Shown here in pieces: positions 46,110 to 56,585 of a DNA stretch of 64,000 bases. A model generated the notes under the pieces. The model was not told the origin of the DNA, searched no databases, and saw nothing but the letters and a program-made list of their open reading frames with translations. A program made the position numbers and the translations under genes. The stretch covers positions 37,528 to 101,527 of the forward strand of contig JAPOIM010000003.1 of NCBI GenBank assembly GCA_029978905.1. Direction: 5' to 3'. Numbering within the stretch: the stretch's first letter is position 1; each line of letters opens with the position of its first letter. The stretch comes from Planctomycetota bacterium (GTDB taxonomy: Bacteria > Planctomycetota > Planctomycetia > Pirellulales > UBA1268).

Positions 46110-47093
46110 ATGTCTCGCTCTTCGAAGGGGTTCACGCTCGTCGAACTTCTGGTCGTCATCGCCATCATCGGCGTGCTTGTGGGGCTCTTGCTGCCGGCAG
46201 TGCAGTCGGCCCGTGAGGCAGCTCGTCGCATGTCGTGCACCAATAATCTCAAGCAGATCGGCCTCGGGCTGCAGAACTACCACGACACCAACGGAGACTT
46301 TCCGCCTGGAGGGATCTGGTGGACGAACTCTCCCGGTGCTGCGAACTTTGCCAGGAACCGTGGCTCGATGCTCGTGTATCTGCTGCCGTTCATTGAAGAG
46401 AAGACGCTCTACGATTCCCTCGATCTTGAACAGAATCCCTGCTACCAAAAGTTTCCTGGTGGTGCTTCGGTGAATGGTTCGCCCTACATCGCTGGAACGG
46501 TCGTGTCGGTGTACCGGTGCCCCTCCGATCCCTCGCCCCCACGCAACGAGATTGTGGCGGATGGGATCCAACCGGGTCAGCTGGCGATGTTTAGCTACGC
46601 CGCATCCAAGGGGCCCACCCGCACAGGCAACAATGCTGCCGGCAGCTGTCCTGAACGCGCCGCCTACGACGCCTACAACTACAGCACGACCGACAACGTG
46701 CCCGCCGGGCCATTCACGCGGATGGGCCGTGTGTTCACGGCCACGATGTCCGACGTTGAAGACGGCCTTTCCAAAACGATCTTCGTGGGCGAGGTGATGG
46801 GCAATTGCGCCTTGCCGATTCAACGTGGCTGGGCGCATTCCAGCAACACGCAGGGAATGATCAGCACGATCTATCCGATCAATTACGACACCTGTACGCA
46901 GGACCTGTCCAAGGGCCCTTGCGCCTGGTGGAACAACTGGAGCACGGAGTTTGGATTTAAGTCAGCCCATCCGAGCGGTGCGAACTTTGTGATGGGTGAC
47001 GGGTCCGTGCACTTCGTGTCGGAAACGATCGACCACTGGACCTACCAGCGGCTGGGCGGTCGCAACGAGGGTGAGGCGGCGTCGTTGCCATAA
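46110..47093 (+). CDS. DUF1559 prepilin-type protein
   Basis: [16 protein letters not shown]..., RCPSD, DGLSKTIFVGE and SAHPSGANFVMGDGSV. AAGGAG RBS. Confidence 0.93.
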   Translation: MSRSSKGFTLVELLVVIAIIGVLVGLLLPAVQSAREAARRMSCTNNLKQIGLGLQNYHDTNGDFPPGGIWWTNSPGAANFARNRGSMLVYLLPFIEEKTLYDSLDLEQNPCYQKFPGGASVNGSPYIAGTVVSVYRCPSDPSPPRNEIVADGIQPGQLAMFSYAASKGPTRTGNNAAGSCPERAAYDAYNYSTTDNVPAGPFTRMGRVFTATMSDVEDGLSKTIFVGEVMGNCALPIQRGWAHSSNTQGMISTIYPINYDTCTQDLSKGPCAWWNNWSTEFGFKSAHPSGANFVMGDGSVHFVSETIDHWTYQRLGGRNEGEAASLP

Positions 47094-47193
47094 GACGCCG
47101 CAGCAGTTGCTCACAAGCGGGTGTGCCAGCAGCGCGGGCGCTGTGGTGCGAACAGCCGCGCGCGTGTCGCAAACCTTTCTGGAGAAAACGTCG

Positions 47194-47637
47194 ATGAAGA
47201 GCTGCAACTGGCGATTGTGTGCCGTGGTCATGATGGCGGCGGTAGCGCTCCTCGGCACGGGATGTGGGCCCGCCGGCCCGGTCCTGGCGCCCGTTGAAGG
47301 TGTTGTGCTCCTGGAAGGGGAGCCGCTTGAGGGGGCGGTGGTGCTGTTTCAACCAGAGGCGGGCGGAAAGCCGGCGACGGGGCTCACCGACGCCGCCGGG
47401 AAGTTCTCGCTGACGACGCTTGAGAAGGGAGACGGGGCGTACGTCGGAGTGAACTCCGTCTCGATCACGAAACAACTGCCCTCCACGTCGTCGGCCAATG
47501 TGGAAGAGGGGGAAATCAGCGAAGTCGAGCTTGGCTCGCCACCGCGGTATGCGAGCCCGGCCCTCTCTGGCATCACGATCAACGTTGAAAAGGGCATGCC
47601 GCCCGTCACGCTGGAAATGACCTGGGAGGAGCAGTAG
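47194..47637 (+). CDS. Carboxypeptidase-regulatory-like domain lipoprotein
   Basis: Lipobox GTGC; PVEGVVLLEGEPLEGAVVLFQP...TDAAGKFSL...PPRYASP. Confidence 0.85.
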   Translation: MKSCNWRLCAVVMMAAVALLGTGCGPAGPVLAPVEGVVLLEGEPLEGAVVLFQPEAGGKPATGLTDAAGKFSLTTLEKGDGAYVGVNSVSITKQLPSTSSANVEEGEISEVELGSPPRYASPALSGITINVEKGMPPVTLEMTWEEQ

Positions 47638-47645
47638 CCCGCGTT

Positions 47646-48941
47646 TCAACTGCCTGTGGTCAACCCCGGCAAGCTGCCCGTGCTCGACGCAAATCGCTCG
47701 ATGCCCAGCCCCATCTGCTGCAGCATGCTGACGTAGAGGTTGGCGAGGGGGGTGTTGTTGTTTTGATCGAAAGCGAGGTGCTGGCCGTGATGGAAACCGC
47801 CTCCAGCGAGCAGGATCGGCAGGTTGCGATTGTCGTGGCCGCCACTGTGCATGTGCGATCCAAGCAGCACCATCGTTCGTTCGAGCAGCGGTGAGCCGTG
47901 TTCGTCGGTCGCCTTGAGCTTGGCGAGGAGGTCGCCAAAGGCCGCCAGGTGTGCCCCTTCGATGATGCTCAGCTGCTTGAGTTTTTCGGGATCCTGGCCG
48001 TGGTGCGAGAGGTCGTGGTAGTTCATCGACACGCCTGGCAATGAGGCGACCGCGTTGGAATCCCCCACGCTGTAGGTGATCACCCGCGTGGAGTCGGTGA
48101 GCACCGCAAGGTAGATAATATCGTAGAACTGCCGCGCGCGGCCGGTGATGTCGTTGGGGTCGCGGAGGTCGACGAGGGGTTCGGCATCGACGTGCGGCTT
48201 GGGCAGGTGCTGCCAGCGCTCGGCTTTCTGCAGCCGTTGCTCCGCCTCACGGACCGAGGTGAAATACTGATCAAGTTTCTGCTGGTCACGCTGGCCGACA
48301 CGCTGCTGCATTGCTCGAGCACTCTCGCCGACCGCATCGAGCACGCTCTGCCCTTCACGGAGACGGGCGATCTGTTGTTGCTGCTCGCGAGGATTGCCAT
48401 CGACGAAGAGGTTGTGAAAGAGCCTGGCCGGCGAGGTGTGGGCAGGCACGGGCACACCGTTGCCCGACACGGCGATTCCTCCGCTGCCGAGTGTGAGCGA
48501 TGCATGCCTCGTCTCTAGGCCGACGGCGTTCGCCGCGAGCTGATCGATCGAGATCGTGTTGGTGAAGTTCGCGCTTCCCGGGTGGAAGGCTCCCGTCAGC
48601 CATGATTTTGAGGCTGCATGCCCACCGTCGACGTCGGGGTGTGACGTTCCCGAGATCAGCGTGAAGTCGTTTCGCAGGTCGGCAAGGGGCGTGAGGTACG
48701 GCGTCAGTTCGTAGGCTCGGCCTGCCTGCGTTGGCATCAGGTTGGGCGGATGAAAGGAAAGCTCGAAGTTGATGGCCACCATCCGTTGTGGAGTGGCGAC
48801 TTCCTCGGTGGCTCCTGCCACCTGGCTGCCCATGCACTCGAGCATCGGCAGGGCCATCGCCACGCCGGTGCCGCGGAGGAGCGCGCGTCGTGGCAGCCGC
48901 CGGCTGTGGGTCGCGTGGGCGGTGCGCTTTGTCGTTGGCAT
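47646..48941 (-). CDS. DUF1552 protein with Tat-like signal
   Basis: RRALLRGTG, ISIDQ, TDSTRVIT, YHDLSHH and HDNRNLP. GAGG precedes ATG 48941. Confidence 0.9.
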   Translation of the reverse strand: MPTTKRTAHATHSRRLPRRALLRGTGVAMALPMLECMGSQVAGATEEVATPQRMVAINFELSFHPPNLMPTQAGRAYELTPYLTPLADLRNDFTLISGTSHPDVDGGHAASKSWLTGAFHPGSANFTNTISIDQLAANAVGLETRHASLTLGSGGIAVSGNGVPVPAHTSPARLFHNLFVDGNPREQQQQIARLREGQSVLDAVGESARAMQQRVGQRDQQKLDQYFTSVREAEQRLQKAERWQHLPKPHVDAEPLVDLRDPNDITGRARQFYDIIYLAVLTDSTRVITYSVGDSNAVASLPGVSMNYHDLSHHGQDPEKLKQLSIIEGAHLAAFGDLLAKLKATDEHGSPLLERTMVLLGSHMHSGGHDNRNLPILLAGGGFHHGQHLAFDQNNNTPLANLYVSMLQQMGLGIERFASSTGSLPGLTTGS

Positions 48942-48966
48942 GGAACCTCTCCCGGGGCAGGCGTCG

Positions 48967-51384
48967 TCACGGTTGACGAAACATCGGACTGGCCACAACA
49001 GCGTGAACGATTGATCGCAGGCCATGGTGGTCGTCGGCAGTGGAATCCGCGATGCGGTCCACTTCCGCACGATCGGCGAAACCGAGTCTTCGACCGATGG
49101 CATACGAGAGGAGGAGCCGCGTGAGGGCACGCGTGAAGGCCGCATCATCATCGACGAGCCATTGCTTGTAGTCGCGGACATTCTCAAAAGATTGGCCATC
49201 CGGCGTCTGCCCTGTCGTATCCACAGCGGGTCCGCGTTGGTAGCGAACATGATGGTTGGGCGATTCGGGGTGGAGCGGCGTGGGGACGTGCTCGCCACCG
49301 TTGGCGACGCGATACCAGTCGCGCTGGCCGCCGATCACATCGAAGCATTCCAGGGCAAATCCCGGTGGATCGATCGCCTTGTGGCAGCTCGCGCAGCTGG
49401 CGTGGTCGCGGTGCCGGGCGAGCTGCTCGCGGATGGTGGTGGCCCCACGGATGTCGGGCTCGATTGCGGTGACCGAGGGTGGCGGCGGAGGAGAGGGGGT
49501 GCCGTAGAGGTGTTTGAGAATCCACGCGCCCCGGAGCACGGGAGAGGTCCGGGTGCCATCGGCCGAGACCTTGAGCACGCTCGCCTGGGTCAGCACACCA
49601 CCGCGCGGGGAGTCGGCTGGGAGGGGGACGCGCTGCATGGCCAGCCCCTCCACGCCGTCGATGCCGTAAAACTCGGCGAGCGGTCGATTGAGCATCGCAA
49701 AGTCGGAATCGAGAAATGTCTGCACGCTGAGATTCGACTGCATGATCTCGCCGAAAAAGGCACGTGTTTCGTCGAGCATCGACTGCCGCAGGAGCTGGCT
49801 GTATTCCGGATAGAGCTGGTCGTTGGGCACCGTAAAGTCGATGTCACGCAGCCGCAGCCACTGGTCGGTGAAGCTCACGACAAAACGCTGCGACTTCTCA
49901 TCGTCGAGCATCCGTTCCACCTGCTGGGTAAGCACCTCGGCGTGATGCAGCGTGTTGCTGGCCGCGAGCGAGAGCAGTTCCTCGTCGGGCAGCGATCGCC
50001 AGAGGAAGTAGGAGAGCCGCGATGCCAGGGCGACGTCATCCACCGTCGCCGTGCGTGGGCGGCCGCTTTCGTGGCCGGGCTCACGCGGTGTCGCCAAAGG
50101 TTCTTCCAGAAAGAGAAACTCCGCCGCACACAGCACGCCTTTGATCGCATGGCGGAGCGCGGCTTCAAACGACTCGCCGGCATCGAGCGAGCGCTTCGCC
50201 AGGTCGAGGTAAGGGCGCGGCGACACGCGGTCGGCAGGTCGGCGAAACGCACGAGGCAGGTGCCGTAGGAGGATCTGTTTGATGTCATCAAGGCTGCCGT
50301 GACTTGGGTCGACGTCACCCAGGAGGGCTTGCCGGCTTGGCCGCGGCCATGGCTCAAGCGGACCTTCGATCGTGATGTCACCCAGCCAGAGACCTGCGCC
50401 TTGGTAGGTGGCGGTGTCGACGCTCCACCAAGGAAAGCCGTTGTGTAGGCGAAAGGCAAACGTGTCGGACGACTCAACCGCCCGATCGATCAGCTCGATC
50501 GTCGTCACCTCGCCTGGTGGGATCTCAAAGAAACCAGCCGTGTGGCCAGGAATGCGTCCGGTCACTCCCCCCTCCACCTGCATCACCACGGGCTCTTCAG
50601 TCTGAATCGCCTTGGCATGGATCGTGAGCCGGTAGGCCGCGGGACCGCGGACGGCAAAGCCGTACATCGGCAGGCTCTTGGCGCCGCTAAAGAGCACGAC
50701 GCCATCGTCATCGATGCGGTCGGCGGTGTCGCTGGAGCGGAGGTCGCGAATGTTGAGGGTTTCGCGGATCTGTGGAGGTGCCTTCTCAGGGCCAAACACC
50801 TCGTCGAGCACGAGATCCGCAGCCTCCAGGTAGAGCAGCATCTGATCAGGGGAGAGGGACAGCCCCGAGGCAGTCGTGTCAAAGCCCTGCTCGACCGTAT
50901 CATCCGGCAGCGTGGTGGAGAGATCGACCTCGATGCCAAACAGGTCACGCACCGTGTGGATGTACTCATCGCGGTTGAGGCGGCGAAGGAGCACCTCGCG
51001 GTGTGCGGTCTCGGCACGGCTGAGTTCGCCGCCGAGCGACTCGAGAAAGCGACGCGTTTCGTCGGCCTCCGGGGCCGTCTCTGAGGCAGGGGGCATCGTG
51101 CCTGCCGCCACGCGATCGTAGAGATCGACCCACCGTCTGTGGACCTCCGCGTCGTCAAGATGGGTGGACAGCGTGGTCAGGTCGAGGCCGCTTTCAGGCG
51201 CGTCGCCCGCGTGGCAGGCGATGCAGTGCTGCTGCAAATAGGCCTGCTGCAGCGGTTCCGCGGCGTCCGCCACCCAGGCAAAAGTCACTGCCACAAGCGT
51301 GACACACACGCCGATGCGACCATGGTCGCGTCGCCTCGGCGACACCCTGGCCCACTCGTTTCGGCTGGGTTGGCAGTTGCCCAT
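48967..51384 (-). CDS. DUF1592/DUF1588 cytochrome-c domain protein
   Basis: CIACH, MPP, LRRLNRDEY, LASRLSYFLWRSLPD, TSPVLRG and CASCH. Start uncertain. Confidence 0.9.
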   Translation of the reverse strand: MGNCQPSRNEWARVSPRRRDHGRIGVCVTLVAVTFAWVADAAEPLQQAYLQQHCIACHAGDAPESGLDLTTLSTHLDDAEVHRRWVDLYDRVAAGTMPPASETAPEADETRRFLESLGGELSRAETAHREVLLRRLNRDEYIHTVRDLFGIEVDLSTTLPDDTVEQGFDTTASGLSLSPDQMLLYLEAADLVLDEVFGPEKAPPQIRETLNIRDLRSSDTADRIDDDGVVLFSGAKSLPMYGFAVRGPAAYRLTIHAKAIQTEEPVVMQVEGGVTGRIPGHTAGFFEIPPGEVTTIELIDRAVESSDTFAFRLHNGFPWWSVDTATYQGAGLWLGDITIEGPLEPWPRPSRQALLGDVDPSHGSLDDIKQILLRHLPRAFRRPADRVSPRPYLDLAKRSLDAGESFEAALRHAIKGVLCAAEFLFLEEPLATPREPGHESGRPRTATVDDVALASRLSYFLWRSLPDEELLSLAASNTLHHAEVLTQQVERMLDDEKSQRFVVSFTDQWLRLRDIDFTVPNDQLYPEYSQLLRQSMLDETRAFFGEIMQSNLSVQTFLDSDFAMLNRPLAEFYGIDGVEGLAMQRVPLPADSPRGGVLTQASVLKVSADGTRTSPVLRGAWILKHLYGTPSPPPPPSVTAIEPDIRGATTIREQLARHRDHASCASCHKAIDPPGFALECFDVIGGQRDWYRVANGGEHVPTPLHPESPNHHVRYQRGPAVDTTGQTPDGQSFENVRDYKQWLVDDDAAFTRALTRLLLSYAIGRRLGFADRAEVDRIADSTADDHHGLRSIVHAVVASPMFRQP

Positions 51385-51416
51385 TTTGTGTCCAGTCCTG
51401 GGGAACGCGATGCGTG

Positions 51417-51839
51417 TTATGGAGCAACGGCCGTCTCTTGGTAGAGGAGCTCTTTCCATTGGCCGTCTGCCTTCACCCACACGGCAGTCACGAAACTGTG
51501 GGGGGCGAGCGGCGTGCCACGGAAGGTGCCCGCCATTTTCAAGGAATAGCCGACCAGCACGCCATCGTCGCCAACTGGGGTGAAGGTCATCGCTCCGGCG
51601 GTGTACTCGTCGAGTTCAAGGTCGCCCAACGTGGCCACCTGTTCCTCACGCGTTTGTTTACCGGCCCAAGGGGTAATCGCGGTGTGGTTCTCGGTCATCA
51701 GCGAGGTGATCGCGGCCGAGTTGTGTGTGGTAAACGCCTCGTTGAGTTGCCGCAGGGCCGTTTCCACGTCGTGGCTCGGTTCGGCGGCGAGCGCCGGCGT
51801 GACGCACACGAAGAGGGCCATGGCGAGAAGGTGACGCAT
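51417..51839 (-). CDS. Secreted NTF2-like (DUF4440/SnoaL-like) protein
   Basis: Signal peptide; NTF2-type pattern ending TAVWVKADGQWKELLYQET. GGAG precedes ATG 51839. Confidence 0.8.
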   Translation of the reverse strand: MRHLLAMALFVCVTPALAAEPSHDVETALRQLNEAFTTHNSAAITSLMTENHTAITPWAGKQTREEQVATLGDLELDEYTAGAMTFTPVGDDGVLVGYSLKMAGTFRGTPLAPHSFVTAVWVKADGQWKELLYQETAVAP

Positions 51840-51901
51840 GAGAGTCTCCATGTGCGGAGTGATGGATGCGGCCACAGGGGGGCTGCGTTTTTTGGCGTCT
51901 G

Positions 51902-53125
51902 TCAGTCGCTCGCCGGTCGGACGGCGGTCGTGTCGGTGATCGTATCACCAGGATAGAGAATCACCTGCTCACCACCGCGAAGTCCAGCGAGTACCTCCGC
52001 TGTGCGTTCCCCACGGCGGCCTGTCGTGATCGGCGTCAGTTGGGCCCGACCGTGATTCACGACGAACACGGCCTCCACGCCATCTCGCCGGAAGATAGCG
52101 GCCAAGGGGACGAGAGCGGCGTCGTGCACCTCGTCGACGGTGATCGCCACCTCCACGCGGTAGTCATCTCCCAGGGCAGGGTGGTCTGGTGGCAGTTCGA
52201 GTTCGATGATCACGTTGACCCGCTGCTCCTCGACTCCGAGAGGTGAGACTTTCGTGAAGCCCCGCGGTTCCACCACCCGGACCTGCCCGCTCAGAGGCTG
52301 GCCGCCCCCCCAGGCGGTGATTTCGCAGTCGTCCCCTGGCTCCACGAGGACGGCATCTTCCGAGATGAGGTCGACGACCACTTCGAGGTCGAGCGGGTCG
52401 CCCAGTTCCACGATCTCCGCGCCCGCTGTGACGATGCCCTCCCCTTCGCGGATCACTCGCAGCACGCGGCCGTTGATCGGGGCAGACAGGGCAAGATTCC
52501 AGGCCGCGGAACCGATTCGCGGATCTCCCTCTTGCTGTGGCCGTGATCGCACAAGCGCCGCCTGGGCAACCTCCATCAGATGCTCTGCCACATGGACCTG
52601 CTCCTGTGCCTCCTCAAACAACTTGACGGCGGTCTTCCAGGCCCGCTCACGAGCATCGAGTTCCTCGTGGGTGATGGCCTTCTTGGGAAAGAGCTCCTGA
52701 CCTCGTTTGAGGTCTGCGAGTGAATACTCGACCTGGATCTCCGCGCGCTCGAGGGCGCGATCCGCCAGGTTGCCGATCGCCCTTGCGGTTTCCACCCGCG
52801 CGAGTGCGTCGGCCTCGGCCCGCGGATCGAGGAGGGCTGGGTCGGGTGGATCGATCACCGTGATCACAGTGGTGCCGGCCACCACCTCATCGCCAGGATG
52901 GACTTCCACCCGTGTCATCTGCCCACCCAAGGGAGCGCGGACCACATACCGTTCGCGGATCCGCGTGACACCGTCGTCGGCGACGCGGACGGCCAAGCGA
53001 CCACGGCCCACCTCTTGCAGATCCACGACGAAGGGCCGCGGCCTCAGGCCCCAGGCAATCGCCGCGGACACAGCGACCAGGACGGCGGCAGCAAACAGGC
53101 CGGTAGGAAGGCGATGGCGCTGCAT
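51902..53125 (-). CDS. Membrane-fusion/periplasmic adaptor (HlyD/MacA-like)
   Basis: TM anchor, VRAPLGG, coiled-coil hairpin, SAPINGRV and FTKVSPLGVEEQRV. Confidence 0.87.
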   Translation of the reverse strand: MQRHRLPTGLFAAAVLVAVSAAIAWGLRPRPFVVDLQEVGRGRLAVRVADDGVTRIRERYVVRAPLGGQMTRVEVHPGDEVVAGTTVITVIDPPDPALLDPRAEADALARVETARAIGNLADRALERAEIQVEYSLADLKRGQELFPKKAITHEELDARERAWKTAVKLFEEAQEQVHVAEHLMEVAQAALVRSRPQQEGDPRIGSAAWNLALSAPINGRVLRVIREGEGIVTAGAEIVELGDPLDLEVVVDLISEDAVLVEPGDDCEITAWGGGQPLSGQVRVVEPRGFTKVSPLGVEEQRVNVIIELELPPDHPALGDDYRVEVAITVDEVHDAALVPLAAIFRRDGVEAVFVVNHGRAQLTPITTGRRGERTAEVLAGLRGGEQVILYPGDTITDTTAVRPASD

Positions 53126-53126
53126 A

Positions 53127-55511
53127 TCAATCCCGCACCTTGAGAACCGCGACCAGGTCGAGTCGGTCGAGCAGCCGACGCACAATCCCTGCGGTGACGA
53201 GTGCCGCAGCGAAGACCGTCGCCGCCGAAATGGCGTATGTCCGCGGGAGGACGATCGCCGGCACGCGAAACAGATCTGTATCGTAGCCCCAGGTGGTGAT
53301 GTGCACGAATCCGAGCCCGAGAACGAGCCCCAGGGGCACGGCAGCCAAAGTCAGGAGTGCCTGTTCGCCAATCAGGATCGCCGCGACCTCACGCCGCGTG
53401 TAGCCGAGCACCCGCAGGCTTGCCAGGTCGCGGGACCGTTCGATCACGCTTTGCCGTGCCGTGGTCGCCACCACACCGCAGGCGATGGCAATCGCAAACA
53501 GTGTGTTGACAGACCGCATGCGGAGCAGGGTTTGGGCAATCGTCTCGCGAAACGTGTCGAGCTGTCGTTGCCGAGAGACAAAGCCGGCTACACGCGGACT
53601 GTCGGCGAGGCGGGTGTCGATGGAGGTGGCCGCGTCGTCTTCGATCGCAAGAAAGGCTCCCGAGAAGCGAGGGCCTTCGTTGAGGAGTTGCTGCAGGGAG
53701 TCACCAGGTAGCCAGGCGGAAGTGCCGACCATGTCGTCGACGAGTCCGGCAATCACCAGCTGCGTGCGTGGGCGTCGCCCTTCCAGCAGGTCGACGTCAA
53801 TCGCATCACCGAGTTTCGCCCCCAGCAGTTCGGCGAGTCGCCGGCTCATGATCAGACCGTCGCCGCGCGGTTGGTGGACCTGGCCGTGGATGTCGAGGAT
53901 GCGAAACAGGTGGGTGTCGGCTGCGGTGGCCATCAGTTCCTGCCGCCGTTCCCGCTGGCCGAATCGCAGCGTTGCGGCCGCAACACGAAATGGTTCCACA
54001 GCCTGCACACCGGGTAGCCTCGCGAGTTCGGCGACGGCGTCACGGCCGACCGGCTCAACGAATGCCACCGATCGGTCGAAGCGTTGAACCTGCGTGAACT
54101 GAAACTCCGCGAGCGACTCAATCGCATCCCCCACAAACATCCCCAGCACCATCACCGCCGCCCCGAGCGCGAGACCAAGAATCGAGAGCCCGCTGGCCAT
54201 CGGGCGGCGTTCCAGGTGCCGCAGCATCATCCGCGTGGTTGGTGCCAAGAGCGGTCCCACGCCGAGCCGCTCCACGAGCGACACGCGGTACACCGCCGGT
54301 GGCTCGGGTTGCATCGCGGCTGCGGGGCGGATGCGGACGGCTCGGCCCACTGCCTGGGCCACACCCCCGATGGCCGCGGCCGACGCGATGGCCACGGACC
54401 AGCCGACGGCCTGGGCATCGAGGTGAAAGGTCAGCTGGGGGAAACGAAAGAAGCGGGTGTACATCTGGGCCAGGTTCACTCCGAGCCACCAGCCCAGCGG
54501 CACACCCATTACCGCACCCCAGAGAAGCACCACGATCGCCAGCTTCACATAGTGGCTGCCGATCTCGAGGGGCGTGTAGCCAAAAGCCGCGAGCGTGGCG
54601 ATCTGTTCCTGTTGCGTGCCGATGAGTCTGGAAACCACCAGGTGCATCAGGATCGCGGTGACGGCCAGAAACACGAGCGGGGCCACGCGACTCATGTTCC
54701 GCAGTTCGCGAAGCTCGTTGGTCAGGTAGCGGTGTGAGGTCTGAAACTCACGACCAAAGCAGCCCAGGCCGCCGTACCGCGTGAGCTGGTGGTCGACGGC
54801 ATGGCAGACCTCACGCAGCGACGTTCCGGGACTGACCGCCGCCACCACATCATTGAAGGCATCGCTCATGTCAAACGCCGCCGCGAGCCCGCGCCTCCCC
54901 ATCCAGAAGACTCCAAACGAACGGTCGTCAGGAAACGGTCCGCTCGGTCCGATCGTGTAGACATACTCTGGCGAGGTGGCGATCCCCACGAGATCGAGTC
55001 GGGAGCGACGTCCGTTAAGAATCGCAAACAGGTGGTCGCCCGGGGCGAGGCCGTGGGCCTCCGCAAACCCCGCGCCGACCACCGTCTCGGAAGAGCGTCC
55101 CGGTTCAGGGAGGCGGCCTTGGAGCAGATGCAACTGGTTGAGTTGGGCTGCGCGGTCAGCAACATCGGAGTCAGGGAGCGAGATCAGACGACCGATGGCA
55201 GGGAGACGCTGCCCATCGGGGGCGCGGAGGTCGAGCGTTACGTCGTGGACCACGCGTGATTCAAGACGGGAGATGCCCTCGAGTGCCGCGAGCCGGCGAG
55301 CGACACTTTCGGGTGCCCGCTCGAGGTGCACAAACAGGTCCGCGAAGTGTGCCTGCTTGGCATACTCGCGCTGTGTGGCATCGAGGGAGCGGAGCATGCT
55401 CCACGACATCACGAGCACCGCCACGCCGCAGGCCATCACCACCGCCACGGCGGCGAGCTGCGGAGCAAGCCGCAGGCAATCACGCAGCAGTTTTCGGTCG
55501 AGGATCGACAT
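53127..55511 (-). CDS. ABC exporter permease (duplicated MacB/FtsX type)
   Basis: LDRKLLRD start; two periplasmic+FtsX halves (QIATLAAFGY, DLASLRVLGY). Confidence 0.88.
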   Translation of the reverse strand: MSILDRKLLRDCLRLAPQLAAVAVVMACGVAVLVMSWSMLRSLDATQREYAKQAHFADLFVHLERAPESVARRLAALEGISRLESRVVHDVTLDLRAPDGQRLPAIGRLISLPDSDVADRAAQLNQLHLLQGRLPEPGRSSETVVGAGFAEAHGLAPGDHLFAILNGRRSRLDLVGIATSPEYVYTIGPSGPFPDDRSFGVFWMGRRGLAAAFDMSDAFNDVVAAVSPGTSLREVCHAVDHQLTRYGGLGCFGREFQTSHRYLTNELRELRNMSRVAPLVFLAVTAILMHLVVSRLIGTQQEQIATLAAFGYTPLEIGSHYVKLAIVVLLWGAVMGVPLGWWLGVNLAQMYTRFFRFPQLTFHLDAQAVGWSVAIASAAAIGGVAQAVGRAVRIRPAAAMQPEPPAVYRVSLVERLGVGPLLAPTTRMMLRHLERRPMASGLSILGLALGAAVMVLGMFVGDAIESLAEFQFTQVQRFDRSVAFVEPVGRDAVAELARLPGVQAVEPFRVAAATLRFGQRERRQELMATAADTHLFRILDIHGQVHQPRGDGLIMSRRLAELLGAKLGDAIDVDLLEGRRPRTQLVIAGLVDDMVGTSAWLPGDSLQQLLNEGPRFSGAFLAIEDDAATSIDTRLADSPRVAGFVSRQRQLDTFRETIAQTLLRMRSVNTLFAIAIACGVVATTARQSVIERSRDLASLRVLGYTRREVAAILIGEQALLTLAAVPLGLVLGLGFVHITTWGYDTDLFRVPAIVLPRTYAISAATVFAAALVTAGIVRRLLDRLDLVAVLKVRD

Positions 55512-55517
55512 CCAGGC

Positions 55518-56243
55518 TCACCAGTGAAGCGACCGCGGGTTGCACCGTGTTTCGTTGACCTCCGCACTCACAATCTGACCGTTGGACATCATCAGCACGC
55601 GATCGGCCATGGCCGCGATCCCGGCGTTGTGGGTGATCAGGATGGTGGTGGAGCCGAGTTCCGCGCTGACGTGGGCGAGGGCCTCAAGCACCACGATGCC
55701 CGTCTTTGCATCGAGGGCACCGGTTGGCTCATCACACAAGAGCACTTCGGGGCGTTTCACGATCGCGCGGGCCACGGCCACCCGCTGCTGTTCACCGCCA
55801 GAGAGTTGCGAGGGGAAGTGGTCACCTCGATCTGCGAGGCCCACCAACGCGAGGGCCTCGGCAGGTTCCATCGCATCGTGGGCAATGTCGGCGACCACCG
55901 CCACGTTCTCCGCGGCCGTCAGCGCCGGCAGCAGGTTGTAAAACTGAAACACGAAGCCGACATGGTCGCGGCGGTACGCCGTTCGCGTGGCATCGTCGAT
56001 GACAGTCAGGTCGTGGTCTTGAAATCTGAGGCTGCCTGCGGTTGGAACATCGAGGGCGCCGAGCAGGTTGAGCAACGTCGACTTCCCGCTGCCTGACGGG
56101 CCAAGGATCACCACAAACTCGCCTCGGGCGAGATCGAGATCGACCCCCTTGAGTGCCTGCACCTCCACCTCGCCCATGCGGTAGGTGCGGGTCAGACCTC
56201 GGGCGACAAAGGCGGGTATCGGCGCGGCGGCGGGCGTAGACAC
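55518..56243 (-). CDS. ABC ATP-binding protein (LolD/MacB type)
   Basis: [36 protein letters not shown] and ITH. Confidence 0.92.
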   Translation of the reverse strand: MSTPAAAPIPAFVARGLTRTYRMGEVEVQALKGVDLDLARGEFVVILGPSGSGKSTLLNLLGALDVPTAGSLRFQDHDLTVIDDATRTAYRRDHVGFVFQFYNLLPALTAAENVAVVADIAHDAMEPAEALALVGLADRGDHFPSQLSGGEQQRVAVARAIVKRPEVLLCDEPTGALDAKTGIVVLEALAHVSAELGSTTILITHNAGIAAMADRVLMMSNGQIVSAEVNETRCNPRSLHW

Positions 56244-56343
56244 GGCGAGAGCCTCCCTGCCAACCAGTTTACTCGCGGTGATGTCAGCACCGCGGGAGGT
56301 GAAGGCAGCACTGCCTTACACGCGTGTGGGCGTTGCCACGCGC

Positions 56344-56377
56344 AAGAAAAAACGCCGGGCACCATCGTGCTCGGCGT
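56344..56377 (-). terminator. Intrinsic terminator downstream of tRNA-Asn
   Basis: Stem acgccgagcac / gtgcccggcgt (one mismatch) followed by TTTTTCTT on the minus strand. Confidence 0.7.
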
Positions 56378-56422
56378 CTTGTGCGGTTCAGAGGAAGCGA
56401 TCGAATGCTTTCTCAGGAAAGG

Positions 56423-56494
56423 CTCCCCGAGTAGGACTCGAACCTACAACCTAGCGGTTAACAGCCGCTCGCTCTACCATTGAGCTATCGGGGA
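56423..56494 (-). tRNA. tRNA-Asn(GTT)
   Basis: TCCCCGA acceptor stem, TAGCTCAATGGTAGAGC D-arm, AGCGG-CTGTTAA-CCGCT anticodon arm, GTTCGAGTC T-loop. CCA is not fully encoded (CCT). Confidence 0.96.
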
Positions 56495-56585
56495 ATGTGA
56501 GGCCCTACTCTACCGTCAGGAAGAGGACCACGCTAGCCGGGAATGACAGGCATCGGCTGGGGAGAGCGGCCCGCGTGAGCGAGGT

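Noticed and set aside
51866-51893. Hairpin plus T-run on the + strand
   Set aside because: Weak wobble-rich stem, and on the strand opposite to the flanking genes.
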